Below, piece after piece: positions 13,601 to 27,160 of a stretch of 64,000 bases of DNA. The DNA is taken from assembly GCA_976551045.1 (NCBI GenBank), contig CDPCPM010000408.1, forward strand, positions 2,480,001 through 2,544,000, in the 5' to 3' direction. The DNA comes from Glaucostegus cemiculus. Taxonomy: Eukaryota. Made by a program: the position numbers and the translations under genes. The notes under the pieces are model-generated. The model was not told the DNA's origin, did no database searches, and saw only the letters and a program-made list of their open reading frames with translations. Position 1 is the first letter of the stretch, and each line of letters opens with the position of its first letter.

Positions 13601-14779
13601 GCTTGAACCAAAGCTACTGAGGAAAATGAACAAAGTGTAGAAGCAAAGTTGGGTCACAGATTAGCAACACCTTTACTGAATGGTAGATGAGAGATTCCCT
13701 GTTTTTATACTAGTGGCTTCTGGGCTCTGCCCAGATTGAGCTGACTAGAACAGCTATACAACCCAGGCTGACTGCAATGGTATTAATCTACTTAAGCCAA
13801 ACCCAAGCAAATCGAAAGGTCATCTTCCACTACATATACAATCTTAATGTAAATAAAAATGTAAACATGAACAGTCCCCAATTCACTCACTGTCCAAATG
13901 CACTCTCTCTCTCACGCACAGGAGACACAGTGAGATGAAAGTGCCTAAAACATCAGGAAGCTTGCAAATTCAAAATGGAGGGCATCCCTCCCATGGACAG
14001 AACCCCCATGTTCACCCTGTTACTTCAGTGCTGAGCATTGTTCTTCACTATGGGAGCACTCTGACCCGATGCTGATCAACAGCTGTGAAATCCATGACCA
14101 GCTACCTACAGCAAAAGAAAATGAACAGCTTCCAGCTCCTCACTGGAATAGGACTAAACAGTTAGAGAACTGTGGCCAGCCAGGCAGAGGGGGAGCAGCA
14201 TGTAGAGTATGCCTGACACACTCTACGCAGTCACGCTACTGCAAAAAAAATACTAGGGTACCCTGGAGCTTCCTCGTGCTATACCAGTTGCCAGCACTAC
14301 CCACAATTAGTGGCAGGTACAGGTTACAGATCTTGTCAGTGTGAGCATAAGGCTTCTTGTAGGGTACAGGAAAAATGGAACACCCGGAAGGCACCAACCG
14401 CCTCTCAAGCCAAGTTGGTTGGTCAAGAACTGACGTGATGAGATGGAGCTGTGATACAATATTCACGAGCTGTGACCGCGTTAAGAAGCAGCCCAGACAA
14501 CAACTGCCAATGCCAGAGGACGGGCCAAGGGTGGTTTGGGATCTTGCTGAGACCAACTCTCAAGTTTTGCATTTTGTCAACATCACGGTACAGGAGTTGG
14601 TTGATGGACGCAAGAGAAAGACCATCCCCCAGTATGAAAAACAACACCATTTATCACTATTCTCCATTTTCCCATCCATTCTCTGTTTCTTAATTTTGTT
14701 AACAAGCCTTTTATTAACCTCATCACAAAAGAGTGCCTATTCTTTTAACAAGGACCTTCAAAAAAAATAACTTTTGAAA

Positions 14780-15790
14780 TTTGTCAGACACATGAATGAA
14801 AACCTTTACAGCTTCTCGTAAGTGATACTGTTCAGCACTTACGAAGCCCACAAGGACAGTAGAAAGCACAAGGACAATGATCAAAGTGTAACACTCTTTG
14901 TAAAAACAACATACAGAAGATGATCATGATCACACAAGATGCAGCAACAGTTGATTCAGTTGTTTAAAAATTTTCCCAACCAAAATTTTTAATCTGCACA
15001 TACAAACTACGATCATTTGCGACATATTGGTGCTATTGTCAGTCACTACTATTATTATATTGTGAAGTACTGACTGATATATTGATTTATGTCACTGATA
15101 TAGAATGCATCAAATAAAAAAGGACCACAAACTCTTCCCAATTCAGTTTTGTTATTTTCTCCCAATACCCCAGTGAAAACAGAATCTCCTCTATAAAAGG
15201 TAAAGTAACCTGACTTGCGATGTCAATTTCTTCATCAACTGATCAAGGAAAATGATCCCAGTGGTGAGCTTGTTAGATTTTGTGCAGCCTCAAATTTCTG
15301 TGGGACTAAACAAGCTGAGAAAAACAATGTATGGCAAAAATGGCAGATCAAGATAGGGAAGATTTGTAAGTGGTTGTGGTGCGCATATCATTGTTAACTG
15401 TCTACAGCCAGCAGTTGACTTGATTTCCACCTGGAGTGCTTTGCTGTGAACGTTCATAATCACTTTCCCATTTACACTGTTCATGGAGATGAAATTAAAG
15501 ACTTCTACTAACTTGAGAGTATTCTAAATTGCTGGAACATGGCAATACAAGATTCCCACCGGCATTAGACAAATTTTATTTTTGAGACACTGAAGACATC
15601 TTTTCCAGTCCTCAACACTGTTGAGAAATAGCTTTGAACACTCTAGCACCATACTGTGCTTTTGCTAGTAAACAAATAACCACCTTTCAGAAGACAGTAA
15701 AGGCTATTGAGAAAAATGATTCATTGGTGATTGAAGCTGCATTGCAAATCCATGTCCTTCAAGAATACTTGGTGGCGAGGCTGCTGCAAA
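14780..15790 (+). mobile_element. Fossil hAT-superfamily transposase
   Basis: Frameshifted but collinear motifs: ASNKK..KLFPI, FCA..NFCG...KNNVW, GCGAHIIVNCLQPAVD, HFPIYTV..EIKDF, SKLLEHGNTRF, FQKTVKAIEK. These match hAT DASN, CxAH and HxxTRW signatures. Confidence 0.7.
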
Positions 15791-15894
15791 CCCAGTCTGA
15801 CACCAATGTCCTTCAGGATAGTGGCACTGTAGATCGTGCAGGTGTTGCACAGCTCCAGCAACCCAGGTTCGATTCTGACCTCCGGTACTCAATA

Positions 15895-16740
15895 ATGAGG
15901 GGTCAGGGAGTTTTGCCTTTATTGCAGGGGCTCCTTGGGGCAATGTCCTATGTTTAACCATTATTAGCAATTTCATCAGTGACCTTCCATGACAAGGTCA
16001 AACGTAGGATGCTCAATGATCACTACACAATGTTCAATTCACTTGCAACTTCAGAATATGAAGCAGTTCACACCTGATACACAGCTAGTATTATTCATGC
16101 CACACCAACTGCAAGGCAATGACTGTTGCCAAGATGGGAAGGTTGAACTATCTACCTTTCAACATCACCATCACCCATCATCAATATCCTGGGTATTGCC
16201 ACTGACCTGGTCTGTCCACATACTACGCTACAAGAGCAAGTCAGAGGGTGAATATCCTGTAGTGAATGATCCACCTACCCACAGACTTTCCAGCATCTAT
16301 ATGGCAGTAAATAAGGAATAGACAAAATACTTTCCTCTTGACTGGCTGAGTGCAACTTGTTAAAAAGATCATCACCATCCAAGACAAAGCAGTCCTCAGT
16401 GAAGGTCACCCCATTTACCATTCTACAAACACCTTATAGCTACAACAAGCACCCTCTACAAAATGTACTGCAGTTACTCACCATGGCTACCCTGAGGGCA
16501 TCCAAACCCACAATCTCTAACAGCAAGACAGGGTAGCTGGTGCAAGGAAACAGCATCACATGCAGGTTCCCCTCCAGGTTGTACACCACACTGACTGGGA
16601 AAGATATCTGCAGCTTCTTTATTACTGAAATCCTGGAACCCCAGTATGGTGAGAGTACTGTTCCAGATGTTCAGGGCAATGGCTCATCACCATCTCCGCC
16701 TCAAAGGCGATTCAGGCTGAATTTGCCGGCAACACCCATG
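15895..16740 (+). mobile_element. Old CR1-group non-LTR retrotransposon, RT to 3' end
   Basis: Decayed AGVPQGSVL..FINDLP, VGMF.DD.TMF, CxAMT and INILG motifs. Reverse copies of the same family lie at ~44620-45400 and possibly ~60110-60700. Confidence 0.55.
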
Positions 16741-19700
16741 ATCCTTAAATAAGTATATTAAAAAAAACAGTAATCAGCTTGCCAAATAACAGGAAGCTCA
16801 CGCCCGGATTAAGTCCAGCAAGGAGCTCTGAGATCACATGCAAACAACCCGAGTAACAAAGATCATGTGGCTGCAAAACAACACGCAGGAGCAATGGAAA
16901 GTCCAAGTGTACGTAAAAAGGCCACAGCCACCAAATGCCAGTTTTAGACCAGTCCATTAAAATATTCAACTACAAAACAAAATATTCAAATACAAAAACA
17001 AAAGGAAAGCTGGTCAATGAACCCTTTATATCACCAAATCTGATTTTTTAAAAAGCTGTGCTATGAAGTAATTATACCTGCAGGATATGGGTAATTACTC
17101 TGCTGCACTGTATCACTTTCTCCACTCGATGGTCATCCCGTAACTTGAATAGGCTGGTGCTACTTACCCAAGACTGACAACCCAGAAACTGTAACAGAAG
17201 GATCACCCTCACTTTCTTGCACTAATACCAACTAGCAATTTATCTTCAAGACACATGTCCAATCATGGACACCAACTCAAATTTTATACCCATGCCGTTT
17301 GTCTGCTGGTATGTTTAAAAACTAACCAGGATTGTCAATAAAACTGACATTATTCTTGAAAATGATGGGATGATTAAAAAAAATTAATGTTGTTTTCTAA
17401 TCATACCATAATTTTACCTTATGCTCAAAGACTTTTTTTGCCATTAAATTCAAATAATCAAGTGGAAAATACTTCCCCCTTGTTGCTACAATTGAAAATT
17501 TATGTTCAAATCCCTCTCTTGATTTGCCCCCATCTCTTAACCACTTTTAATCCTACAATTCATCCAATTTCAGCCCCTTGTTCTTTCCTTTGTCCCACCA
17601 CTGACAACTGTGGGCCAGCATCAAATAGCTAGCTTACATTACTAGTGATCTTGCACTTTTAAGAATAGTTTTGTTTGGATGTACCACTGCAAAGGGAGAG
17701 GAGCGAGGAAACCAGATGGTTGGGTCCAAATCTAGGTCTGGCTACACTTAAGATTCCACCTGCTCTACCTATGGCATGCTTGACCAACTGTGACCTGTGT
17801 GAGGTATTATTTTTCTCCACTAATACGTATAATTAACACATTAATTTGCAATCTCATTATGACAACCAATTGGCAACTCACTTGTTAGCTGAAAGGAAAA
17901 TTACCCAAGTGCAATAATTTGCTGTAAAGATTAGTGAAACAGGAGAGAAAGCAGTTTGGTGCTAACACACTCTTAGGGCCAATCCTATTTTTAAGACTTG
18001 GCTGCTTTACACATGCCTTTAAGTCATGCAGCTTACTGTTCCCATAAGTTCTTGCAATCCATGAACCAATGCGTAATTCTTTGCAAAATGCATCTGAGGT
18101 GATCATCTACCTGGCTGAACACACTGCTGACAAGTCACTGAAAGCAACCTCATTTTCTATGTCCAAATAACACCAACACATTATAGCTCTCAGACTAAGT
18201 TATGAATCAAATTTATTAAAGAGAATTAAATAAATTAGCACAGATTTTAAAACTTACAAGTACCTTGTTCCAAAATATGCACATCACAAAATCTCACTGA
18301 ACCCTCTCATGTTACACATGTGTTTGGGAAAGTCATCACATTTTACATCACTCTCAATGCCCGACAAGAAATAAAATGAACTGTGTGCAACTTTGATATA
18401 TATGTGCCATTATTGGTATTGAAGTTAAATTCTGTTTCTTTTAAGGGTTTGCCAGTTGACAGTTTTGACAAGATTTGAGCTAAAAATGCTTACTTTAAAC
18501 TTTTCCAGTAAGGTGGAAAATTAACTGCTCGATAACAATAAAATAGCAGGAAGTGTTCTGCTGGCACGTCAGCAGCTATACAATTTTGTTAGCATTAAGG
18601 TCTGGATAATCCTTCATAATTCTCTTACTTGTTCGAAGATGCATCAATAAGTATCTTTATATTCAATAATACAAGAAAATCATTGAAACCAGAACACAAG
18701 AGTGAATTTCTTGAGACAGGTCTTTTATGCACGATCACGTGGAGATCATTGGGAAGAAATGTTACTCAGACACCTTGTTCACCCATGCCTGCACACCAAG
18801 TCCCTTAACTGCAGCTGCAATTGGGTCTTAAATTACTCCAGGGCAAGACCAACACTAGAATATCTGGGAACCCATTCATGTTTGAGGGGGAAAAATAAAC
18901 TCACTAGCAATCCTAAATTTTATTTGTATCAGTTGTACACTTCATTTCCACTTTTCAACCTCAAACTCTTTCTAAATATTCTGATTTACCTTCCTTCCTG
19001 TTTGCTCTCTTAACAGTGCAAGTTTATTGAAAATCTCATTCCTCCATCCTTTCCTCATAACTTACGATAGGATTTGATTGTTAATAATTTTGATAGATAA
19101 ATCAAAATTAAAGCCCAAATTTCATCAATTATAACTTTGAGTGCACAAAATGAAGAACGTGAACATAGACAATGCCCAATTAAAAGTTTTATGTAATCAT
19201 GAAATACTATGACCTTGTATAATTGATGTCCTTTCTTGTATAATTTGATTTTCTTGTGTACATTGTGTCTCTAATGCCATGTGCCTGTGATGCTGATGTA
19301 ACTAAGTTTTTCATCACACCTGTGCATGCATGTACTTCTGCATATGAAAATAAACTCAACTTGACTATGAAAAGCAAATAAATCATACCTGCTTGAATTT
19401 GTATTGTTCACTATCAGTAACTTTACAGAAGAAATATAAATTAAAATATAAAAACTCTTTTGTTAGCGACTGAGTGCATACACGAACCTTAAACCTAATG
19501 ATGGAATTCTTGTTCATCAGTGTCGGGTGAAATTGGAGGCGTTTATGGATAAAAATAGAACTCTGCCAAGTCTACTCATAACTCAATCCTCTGACTTGTG
19601 ACCCATCTCATGATTGTGCTCTGCCTCCAAAGCTTGAGCATTTTTCTCATCTCTTGCCAATCTGAATTGGATCCAGCACTCATGCTGGGACTAATGAGAA

Positions 19701-20289
19701 CTGGTCCCAAAACTCCAGGTGCAGTCTGACAAGAACTAAACCTCAGACTGAGTCTGGCCCCTGAACCTTGTTCTCAAGGTGTAGCCTGACCAGAACTGTT
19801 TAGAAGCTAATTCAGTACTAAAGGTCTGTCTGACCCAAGTTCTGCACTGTGTGGGCATGTTCTCTCTGGATTACATTCTATTGTGTTGGCTCTGTCGTCC
19901 TTTCGCTTTAGTTGAAATTTAGTTGGTTGATTGTCCAGTCAATTAAACTAGAGCTTATGACTGTTCTGGACTTCTGTGCATGTTCAGTCAAATTTTGACT
20001 CCGAAACAAACTAAAATTGTTGGATGAAGGAGCATCTAATCTCCCATTGGATTCACCTTTATATCTAACCCTTCAACTTAATTTCAAGGTTAGATACAAT
20101 CCATTCATTTCAATGATGTCTCCAACTTTGTGGAAAAATTGCCTCTAAAGGTTTGCATTATGTTACCATATTTAAATGATTTTAATTTATTAAACATTTT
20201 AAAATTATTCAATTAAATATTGAATTAATTTGAATAGACTAATTATCTCTGACTATTGGAGGTATTTATAAATGGTTCATAAAACCACC

Positions 20290-20472
20290 AGGGCATTGCA
20301 GGAGTGGGATCTCATCAATATGCTGCTGAGACCTACCTGCCTCTGAGCTCATTCCACCTCACAGGATGCCTCCAGGAACATTCAGCCTTCTGGGCAGGCA
20401 GGCAGTGTTCTGCATGGTATGTCCTGGAGGCCCTGAGGGAGGTGAATACTATTGGATGATTCCCCGAGCAGA
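20290..20472 (+). mobile_element. Tx1/L1-clade ORF2 remnant, 5' piece
   Basis: VLEALREVNTIG*FPEQ continues directly at 21102 with VKVIWWNAS. Confidence 0.55.
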
Positions 20473-21101
20473 ACCTCCTCATGAAAATGTTCTATAGAGG
20501 AACCATTGAGAGTATCCTGACACACTGCATCACCATCTGGTATGGGAGCTGTTCAGCTGCTGGGCAGAAGTCCCTGCAGAGAATAGTGGGAGCTGCAGAG
20601 AAGATTAAAGGTGTCTCTCTACCCTCTATTGCGGACATATATATGGATCGATGCATCACAAAGGCCACAAACATAATGTCTGGCCCTTTTCACTCCTCCT
20701 ACCACCTTTTTGCCCTCTTGCCATCTGGAAGGAGGCTCCAGTGCATCCGTGCAACAACTATCGGACTGTGCAATAGCTTTTTCCCACAAGCCATCAGAAC
20801 CATGAACTCCCTCAAAATGCTGCTCCCCATCCCTCCCTCCAACACCAAAGGATGCTCGGCGTACAAAAATGCACCAGCACTTTAAGTGTCCAATGACTGC
20901 TGCATCAGTACGTTCGTTCTAAGAATGTTTTTATTCGAGTCTCTTCTTAATTTATGGCGGTTCCAATGTCATTAATGTCTTTCTGTCTTTGTCTCTCTCA
21001 TTGTTTTTAATGTGACCTGCACCTTGATCTGTGGAGTACAGTATTTCACTCCCATGCATGCTGAATGTGTATATGGAAGTGACAATAAAAACTGAATCTG
21101 A
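20473..21101 (+). mobile_element. Rex1/Babar LINE 3' end inserted into the Tx1 remnant
   Basis: 134 aa ORF FYRGTIESILTHCITIWYGSC...LLPSGRR..IRATT..NSFFPQAIR; tail GACAATAAAAACTGAATCTGA. Confidence 0.85.
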
Positions 21102-21715
21102 TGTCAAGGTCATCTGGTGGAATGCCTCATTGATAGAACTCTCAAACAACAAGACCTCGCTTGACTGGTGGTGAGAAGAACCCTCCCCCCATCGGATCCT
21201 TCTCGCACAGCCAGACACAATCCCACCATAAGCTGCCCTCAAAGTAGCTGTGATGCAGTTGAGATGGTCATCCATCTCCAAGGAGGCCTGGAAAGAAATG
21301 CAGTGGTCTTTATCAAGGTTTTGTCTAAGCAGCTGGTAAATGCAGGACTCCGTGTTCCTTGGGCTGTACCCAGTGATGCACACTGAGGCAAAACATTGAT
21401 TCTGCTGGAACATTATCAACTTGGTGAAAACACATTTTGGTCTGCCCGAAACTTACTGGTCTTCTAGGACAAAGAGACATCTATAATCCAATGCTGCCGA
21501 CTGGCACACTTGCTGAGGGACACAATGAAGCTCAATGCCGTCCCTGCAAAGGCTTTGTGGGGAAAGACCACTGTCTAGGGCCTAGACACTGATGCAATGT
21601 TTAAGGATGAAACATTACTGATGTTGGTACATTGTAAGTGAATGTATTGAACTGTTCAATGCAGTGAATAAAAATAATGATATGTGCTGATTGTATTCCT
21701 GTATATTTTATGAAT
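21102..21715 (+). mobile_element. Tx1/L1-clade ORF2 C-terminus (zf-RVT region) and 3' UTR
   Basis: VKVIWWNAS..ELSN, LVVRRTLP, CPQSSCDAVEMVIHL (CPxxxCxxxETVxHL), DSVFLGLYP, CWNIINLVK..WSARNLLVF. Confidence 0.65.
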
Positions 21716-21724
21716 CAGGTATAT

Positions 21725-22782
21725 GGTGGAGGGTTATGGTGGAGGGAGTGCCCTCGGATTGGAGGGCTGTGACTAGTGGAGTCCCGCAGGGATCGGTTCT
21801 GGGGCCTCTACTCTTTGTTATATTCATAGATGATTTAGATGAAGGAGTGGAGGGATGGGTTGGTAAGTTTGCAGATGACACCAAGCTCGGTGGTGTGGTA
21901 GATAGTGTGGAGGACTGTAGGAGCTTACAGGGGGATATTGATAGGATGCAGAACTGGGCTGACAGGTGGCAGATGGAGTTTAATCCGGAGAAGTGTGAGG
22001 TGGTACACTTTGGGAGGACAAACTCCAGGACAGAGTATAAGGTAAATGGCAAGGTTCTTGGCAGTGTAGAGGAGCAGAGGGATCTGGGGGTTCATATCCA
22101 CAGTTCACTCAAAGTTGCCTCGCAGGTGGATAGGGCTGTTAAGAAGGCTTATGGGATGTTGGCTTTTATAAATAAAGGGATTGAGTTCAAGAGCAGAGAG
22201 GTGATGCTGCTGCTTTACAAAACTCTAGTTAGGCCGCACTTGGAATATTGTGTTCAGTTCTGGTCGCCGCATTATAGGAAGGATGTGGAGGCGTTGGAGA
22301 GGGTGCAGAGGCGATTTACCAGGATGATGCCTGGATTGGAGGGTATGGAATATAAAGAGAGGCTTAAGGTGCTAGGGCTCTACTCTTTAGAGAGGAGGAG
22401 GATGAGAGGGGACTTGATAGAGGTGTTTAAGATATTGAGAGGAATAGATAAGAGTTAATAGTCAGCGCCTCTTTCCCAGAGCGCAGATGCTCAAGATGAG
22501 TGGGCATGCCTTTAAGATAATTGGTGGAAAGTATAGGGGAGAGGTCAGAGGGAAGTTTTTCACCCAGAGAGTGGTTGGTGCATGGAATGCACTGCCTGGG
22601 GTGGTAGTGGAGGCAGATACGTTGGACAGGTTTAAGAGATTGTTAGATAAGCACATGGAAGAATGTGGAATAGTAGGATATGAGGGTGGAAAGAGTTAGT
22701 TTGGGAGATGTTTGTAGGATGGCACAGCTTGATGGGCCGAAGGGCCTGTTCTGTGCTGTATTGTTCTATGTTCTATATGTTT
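21725..22782 (+). mobile_element. Young 5'-truncated CR1 LINE
   Basis: Uninterrupted RT ORF SGVPQGSVLGPLLF...KFADDTK...[15 protein letters not shown] with one frameshift near 22450; tail GATGGGCCGAAGGGCCTG...TTCTATGTTCTAT. Confidence 0.95.
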
Positions 22783-24537
22783 GGGTAGGCAGGCACTGCA
22801 GATAGCACATCCAGATCCAGGACAATCGTGCCCAATGCAAAGCCTGCATTGTCTCCAACTATAATCTAGCCCTGATCAAAAATGAAAGCTTATAAAGAAT
22901 AATTACACTCCAGCTTCTACCAACCATGTGTGCTTATCAGGGAAAGGTCATAGAAACGTGAGTCAGTGTAGTGTGTGGTCACTGGTACCAGCTCGATCAC
23001 TGGAATTAGTATCATTACCTGTTGCAAGAATATTGGATAACCTCAAAAGCAATGCGACTTGAGTTAGGTGCAGCACCACACCACTCCCAAAGCACAAAAG
23101 GTGAACTATAAAAACGTGAAGCTAATACCAAGCCCATAAACTTCACTCTGCATTCCTCTGTGCAGTCACCCCACCCACTACCACACACTGGTATCAGAAA
23201 TAGAACTGCAAGAAGTCAACACCTAAAATTTGTGCTGACAAAATATAAACATTCAGATTAAAACAAAAATTTGCTGCTGTTATTTTTCCACAACCTGGTC
23301 TCCTTCACTGAAGCCCTTGGCTGGGGAGAATTCTTAGTGAAACACAAATGTTAACGAGGCCAAGAATAGTCATGCAAACTCTGGTTTAGAACCACAACGA
23401 GCAAGCAGTAGTTTGGACTATGATGCTTCAGCATTGAAGAGCAAGGTGTGGTTGCTCTTTCAAAGGATGTTCTTTTACTCTCAGATGAAATACTGCTACT
23501 GATCAACAGTGAACTCTGACGAATATATCATCTACTCAAATGAGACAGGACCTTTTCAGAGCTCTACACAGACAATTTCCAAAACAGCAGCTCTCTAACA
23601 CATTATCCACATGCAGTTTTTTAAACAGCCATGTGGAGTTCAGTTACAGTGCAGTGGTTAAATTACTGGACCGGTAATATAGGCACCCAGAACTACAGAC
23701 CCAAGTTCAAAACCCACAATGGTGGCTGTAAAATTAAAGAATTGAAATCTAAAAATAGATTATTACAGCTTCTGTGACTGTTTCCTCCTCTCCTGACCCA
23801 TCTGCATGAATAAATGGTCTCGCAGGCTAGTCAGTTATGGATGAGCAATAAATACTGCCCTTACCAGTGACACTCAGATCCCAAACAAAAATATCCTTTA
23901 AGAATTGGAGTTTCCTGCTGGGTTTATAATTTACTCAAATATTTTCTACAACATGAACTACCCATAAATCTCTACATTGTACACACAGCAAGGACATCCA
24001 GTCAAAAAAACAGGTCTGAAATTCACTTGTTCAAAAGACACCCAGAGCACCAGCCTGCCACAGATTCTATTCAGAAATTACAGTGGCTATTCAATCTGGA
24101 AACAATGAAGAACATACTGATATGGTCTGGCAGTCAGAGGGTGGAGATTCAGACAGCTAATTTTATTTTTTACATATATTAATGTAGGCTCGATAGGAAA
24201 CTGCTGAATATCAGTATTACTTTTGTTAATTTTAAATACACACTGTATAGATTACAGCTCCTCTCATTCAATAAACCATTAAACGGACAGTCAGAAATGG
24301 AGTTGGCTGACCCAAGTACAAGTGCCACAGTCTATATTAGAGGAGTACCCAGAGATACGCTGTGGCACAGACAATAAGCATGAACTCAAAGTTATAGGGT
24401 CAAGTACAGAGCAAGTTCAATGGGATGATAATCTCCTAAGTCTAAAAGGCAATAAAGGTTCTACACCCGAACCCTTTGCACATCCATTATATCAGAGGAC
24501 AAAGTTGCCAAAATTCAGCATTAATTTTCACTCTCAA

Positions 24538-25860
24538 TAGAATCATAGAATGGTTACAGCACAGGACACTGTTCAGCCCAACATGTGCATGCTAGATCTA
24601 CACCACAGTAGCTCTAGTTCCAGCTGCCAGGCCTATGTCCAGTTCTCTCTTGAAGGCCAAAATGAAACTGCCCTCACAACATCTGCAAGCAGTGCATTCC
24701 AGATCCCAAGCACATGCTGCGCAAGAAGATTTTCCTTACATTACTCCTCATTCGCACGCCTTAATTTTTTTTAAATTTGTGAACCCAGCTGCCAAATCCT
24801 CCCCTCAAAGGAAACAGCCTCCTACTATTTGTCCAGTCCAGACCCCTCATCATTTTATAGACTTTAATCAAATGTCCCCTCAAGCTTCTCTTCAAAGAAA
24901 GCACTCCTAGTCTTCCTAATCCATCCTTGTCCCCCCACCCAAGGAATTATTCTTGTACATCTTTTCGGGACCCTCTCTAATGCCTTCAAATCCTTCCTAC
25001 AACATGGCAACCAGTATTGAACACAATTCTCCAGTTAAGGCCAGTGCAGAGTTTTAAAGTTTCAGGACAACTTTTGCACACTATTAAAAATTAGAATATA
25101 TAATTTCAGCCTTTAAGTGTTTTCTCAACCCACCCTGAAATGTCGATTTCTGCAAACGTGCCCCCAGGACCTTCTGCTCCTGCACCTCTCATAGAACAGC
25201 ATCCTATTTTGCCACCCTCATTCTTGCTATCAAAATGCATCACCTCATGTGTTCCACATCAAAGTTCTTCCACCATCTTCTGCCCATTCTACGCGTCTGT
25301 TTAAATCCTGCTGCAATCTCCTACTGTCCTCTTCGCAGTTCACAATACTGTCAGCTATGTCTCATCCACAGATTTTTAAATCACGCCTTGTGCACACCAG
25401 TCTAAGTCATCAATGTGGTTCAAAAAAATTGCAACGGTCCCAACACTGATCCCTGGGAAACACCACTATTCACCTTCCCCCAGTCCAAAAAACTTACAAC
25501 TCTGTGGTCTGTTACTTAGTTAACTTTGTATCCATGCTCTTAATGTCCTTATTATGCCATGCACTTCAACCGTGCTGATAAGCTTGCTATGCAACACTTT
25601 ATCAAAAGCCTCACATTGACTGCATTACCCTCATGAACTTCACTAAATTGGTTAAACAAGATTTTCCTTTAACAATTCTATGCTGGCTTGCTTCAAGTAT
25701 TCCATTTTCCTCCAGTGACTATGAATCCCAGATCAACATTCCCACCACTGAGCATAAGCCAACTGGCCTGTAGTTACTGGACTTCCCCTTTTTTGAACAG
25801 GGAGTAAACATTTGCTTCTCTTCAGTCCTCTGGCACTAACCCTCCCTCTGTCCAAAAAGC
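24538..25860 (-). mobile_element. Decayed CR1 RT and 3' end
   Basis: Reverse tail ATAGAATCATAGAA; ACTGATCCCTGGGAAACACC (GV.QGSV); TTATCAAAAGCC (AFDK); ACTGGCCTGTAGTT (NYRPV). Confidence 0.7.
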
Positions 25861-25869
25861 ACTGGAACA

Positions 25870-26215
25870 GTATGGGGCAGCATGGGGACACTGCGAGTAG
25901 AGCCCCTGACTCAGAGCGCCAGAGACTTGGATTCAATCCAGATCTCAGGTGCAGTGTGTGGAGTTTGCACCCTCCCTATGACTACATCAGTTTCCCCAGA
26001 TGATCCAGTTTCTTCCCACATTCCAAAGACATGTGGGTTGATAGGTGATTGGCCACTGTAAACTGCCCCTGGTGTATAGGTGGTAGAATCTGGGGGGAGT
26101 TGATGAGAACATAGGGAGAATAAAAATAGGATTAATGTCAGATCAGTGTAAGTGGGTGGTTGATGTGGACTCGGTGGGCTGAAGAACACGTTTATATGCT
26201 GTATTTCTCTGCAAA
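25870..26215 (+). mobile_element. V-SINE (HE1-like)
   Basis: GGATTCAATCC head, GTGTGGAGTTTGCAC V-domain, GGGCTGAAG tail. Confidence 0.7.
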
Positions 26216-27034
26216 TCTATTTTCCTCCCATACTTTCCTTCAAATCCTTGAATGCATCCCATCTGGTCCCAATACCTCCATGTTATTAGTTTTTAAAATC
26301 ATATCCAGTATCCTTTACTATTATTTTAGAAGCAAGCTCTTCCTTGGTGACATCAGGTACAAAATACTTATTTAGTTCCTTAACACCAACTTGGATAGAT
26401 AAGTGTTCCCATTTTTGTCTTCATTTTAACTTCCATTCTGATATTTCTTGCAATCAGCCTGGTTCTCATTGGTATTTACAACCTTGTCACATGCAGCTTG
26501 TTTTTTTTTTAAATCTTCCTCTTTCTCCATCCAGAGTGTTCTGGATTTGCTGGTTCATCTTTTGCCCACCATGGGAATCTCTTCCTTAATGGCTCTATGT
26601 GACCAGCTCCCAAATAAATAAAGAGGGGAAGAGTATTACAGTGAGGACACTCCTTGTTAGGAGAATTATGTCAAGTACTTAAATGGCTACATTCCACCTT
26701 AGCTTGAGGGTAGGAAGAGCCACATCACTCAGTACAGATACACCCTCCATTGATGTTCAATTTTTTTTTTGCAGTTTGCCAAGATTTTAATTCTCAGGGA
26801 GGATCCAGCGAGTATTTAACAATTCAAACACAATTCAGGAAATGGATGTCCATAAACAGAATATCTTCGTCATTGAAATTATATTTAAGACACAGGAGGT
26901 GGTCATTCAGCCTTTCCACGCCAGCTCCCAGGGGAACAATCCCTTAGTCCTATTCCCCATCTCTATCTTCTTGTACCCACACAACTTATTTTCTCTCACA
27001 CTTGCCCATTTGATTTATTTTGTCATTTGTTAGC

Positions 27035-27160
27035 ACATCTTTGGGATGTGGGAGAAAGATGAACCATACAGAGAAAACCCACATGATCACAGAGAGGATT
27101 TGCAAACAGCACCCAAGGTCAGGATCAAACTAGGGTCTCTGGAGCTATGAGGCAGCGTGA
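27035..27160 (-). mobile_element. V-SINE fragment
   Basis: Reverse V-domain and head TTTGGGATGTGGGAG...TTTGCAAAC...CAGGATCAAAC...GAGGCAGC. Confidence 0.55.

Noticed and set aside
19700-19845. Three spaced copies of GGTG(C/T)AG(T/C)CTGAC, superficially array-like
   Set aside because: Degenerate, and similar to the reverse CR1 LVRPHLE segment; a eukaryotic context with no cas genes, so not CRISPR.
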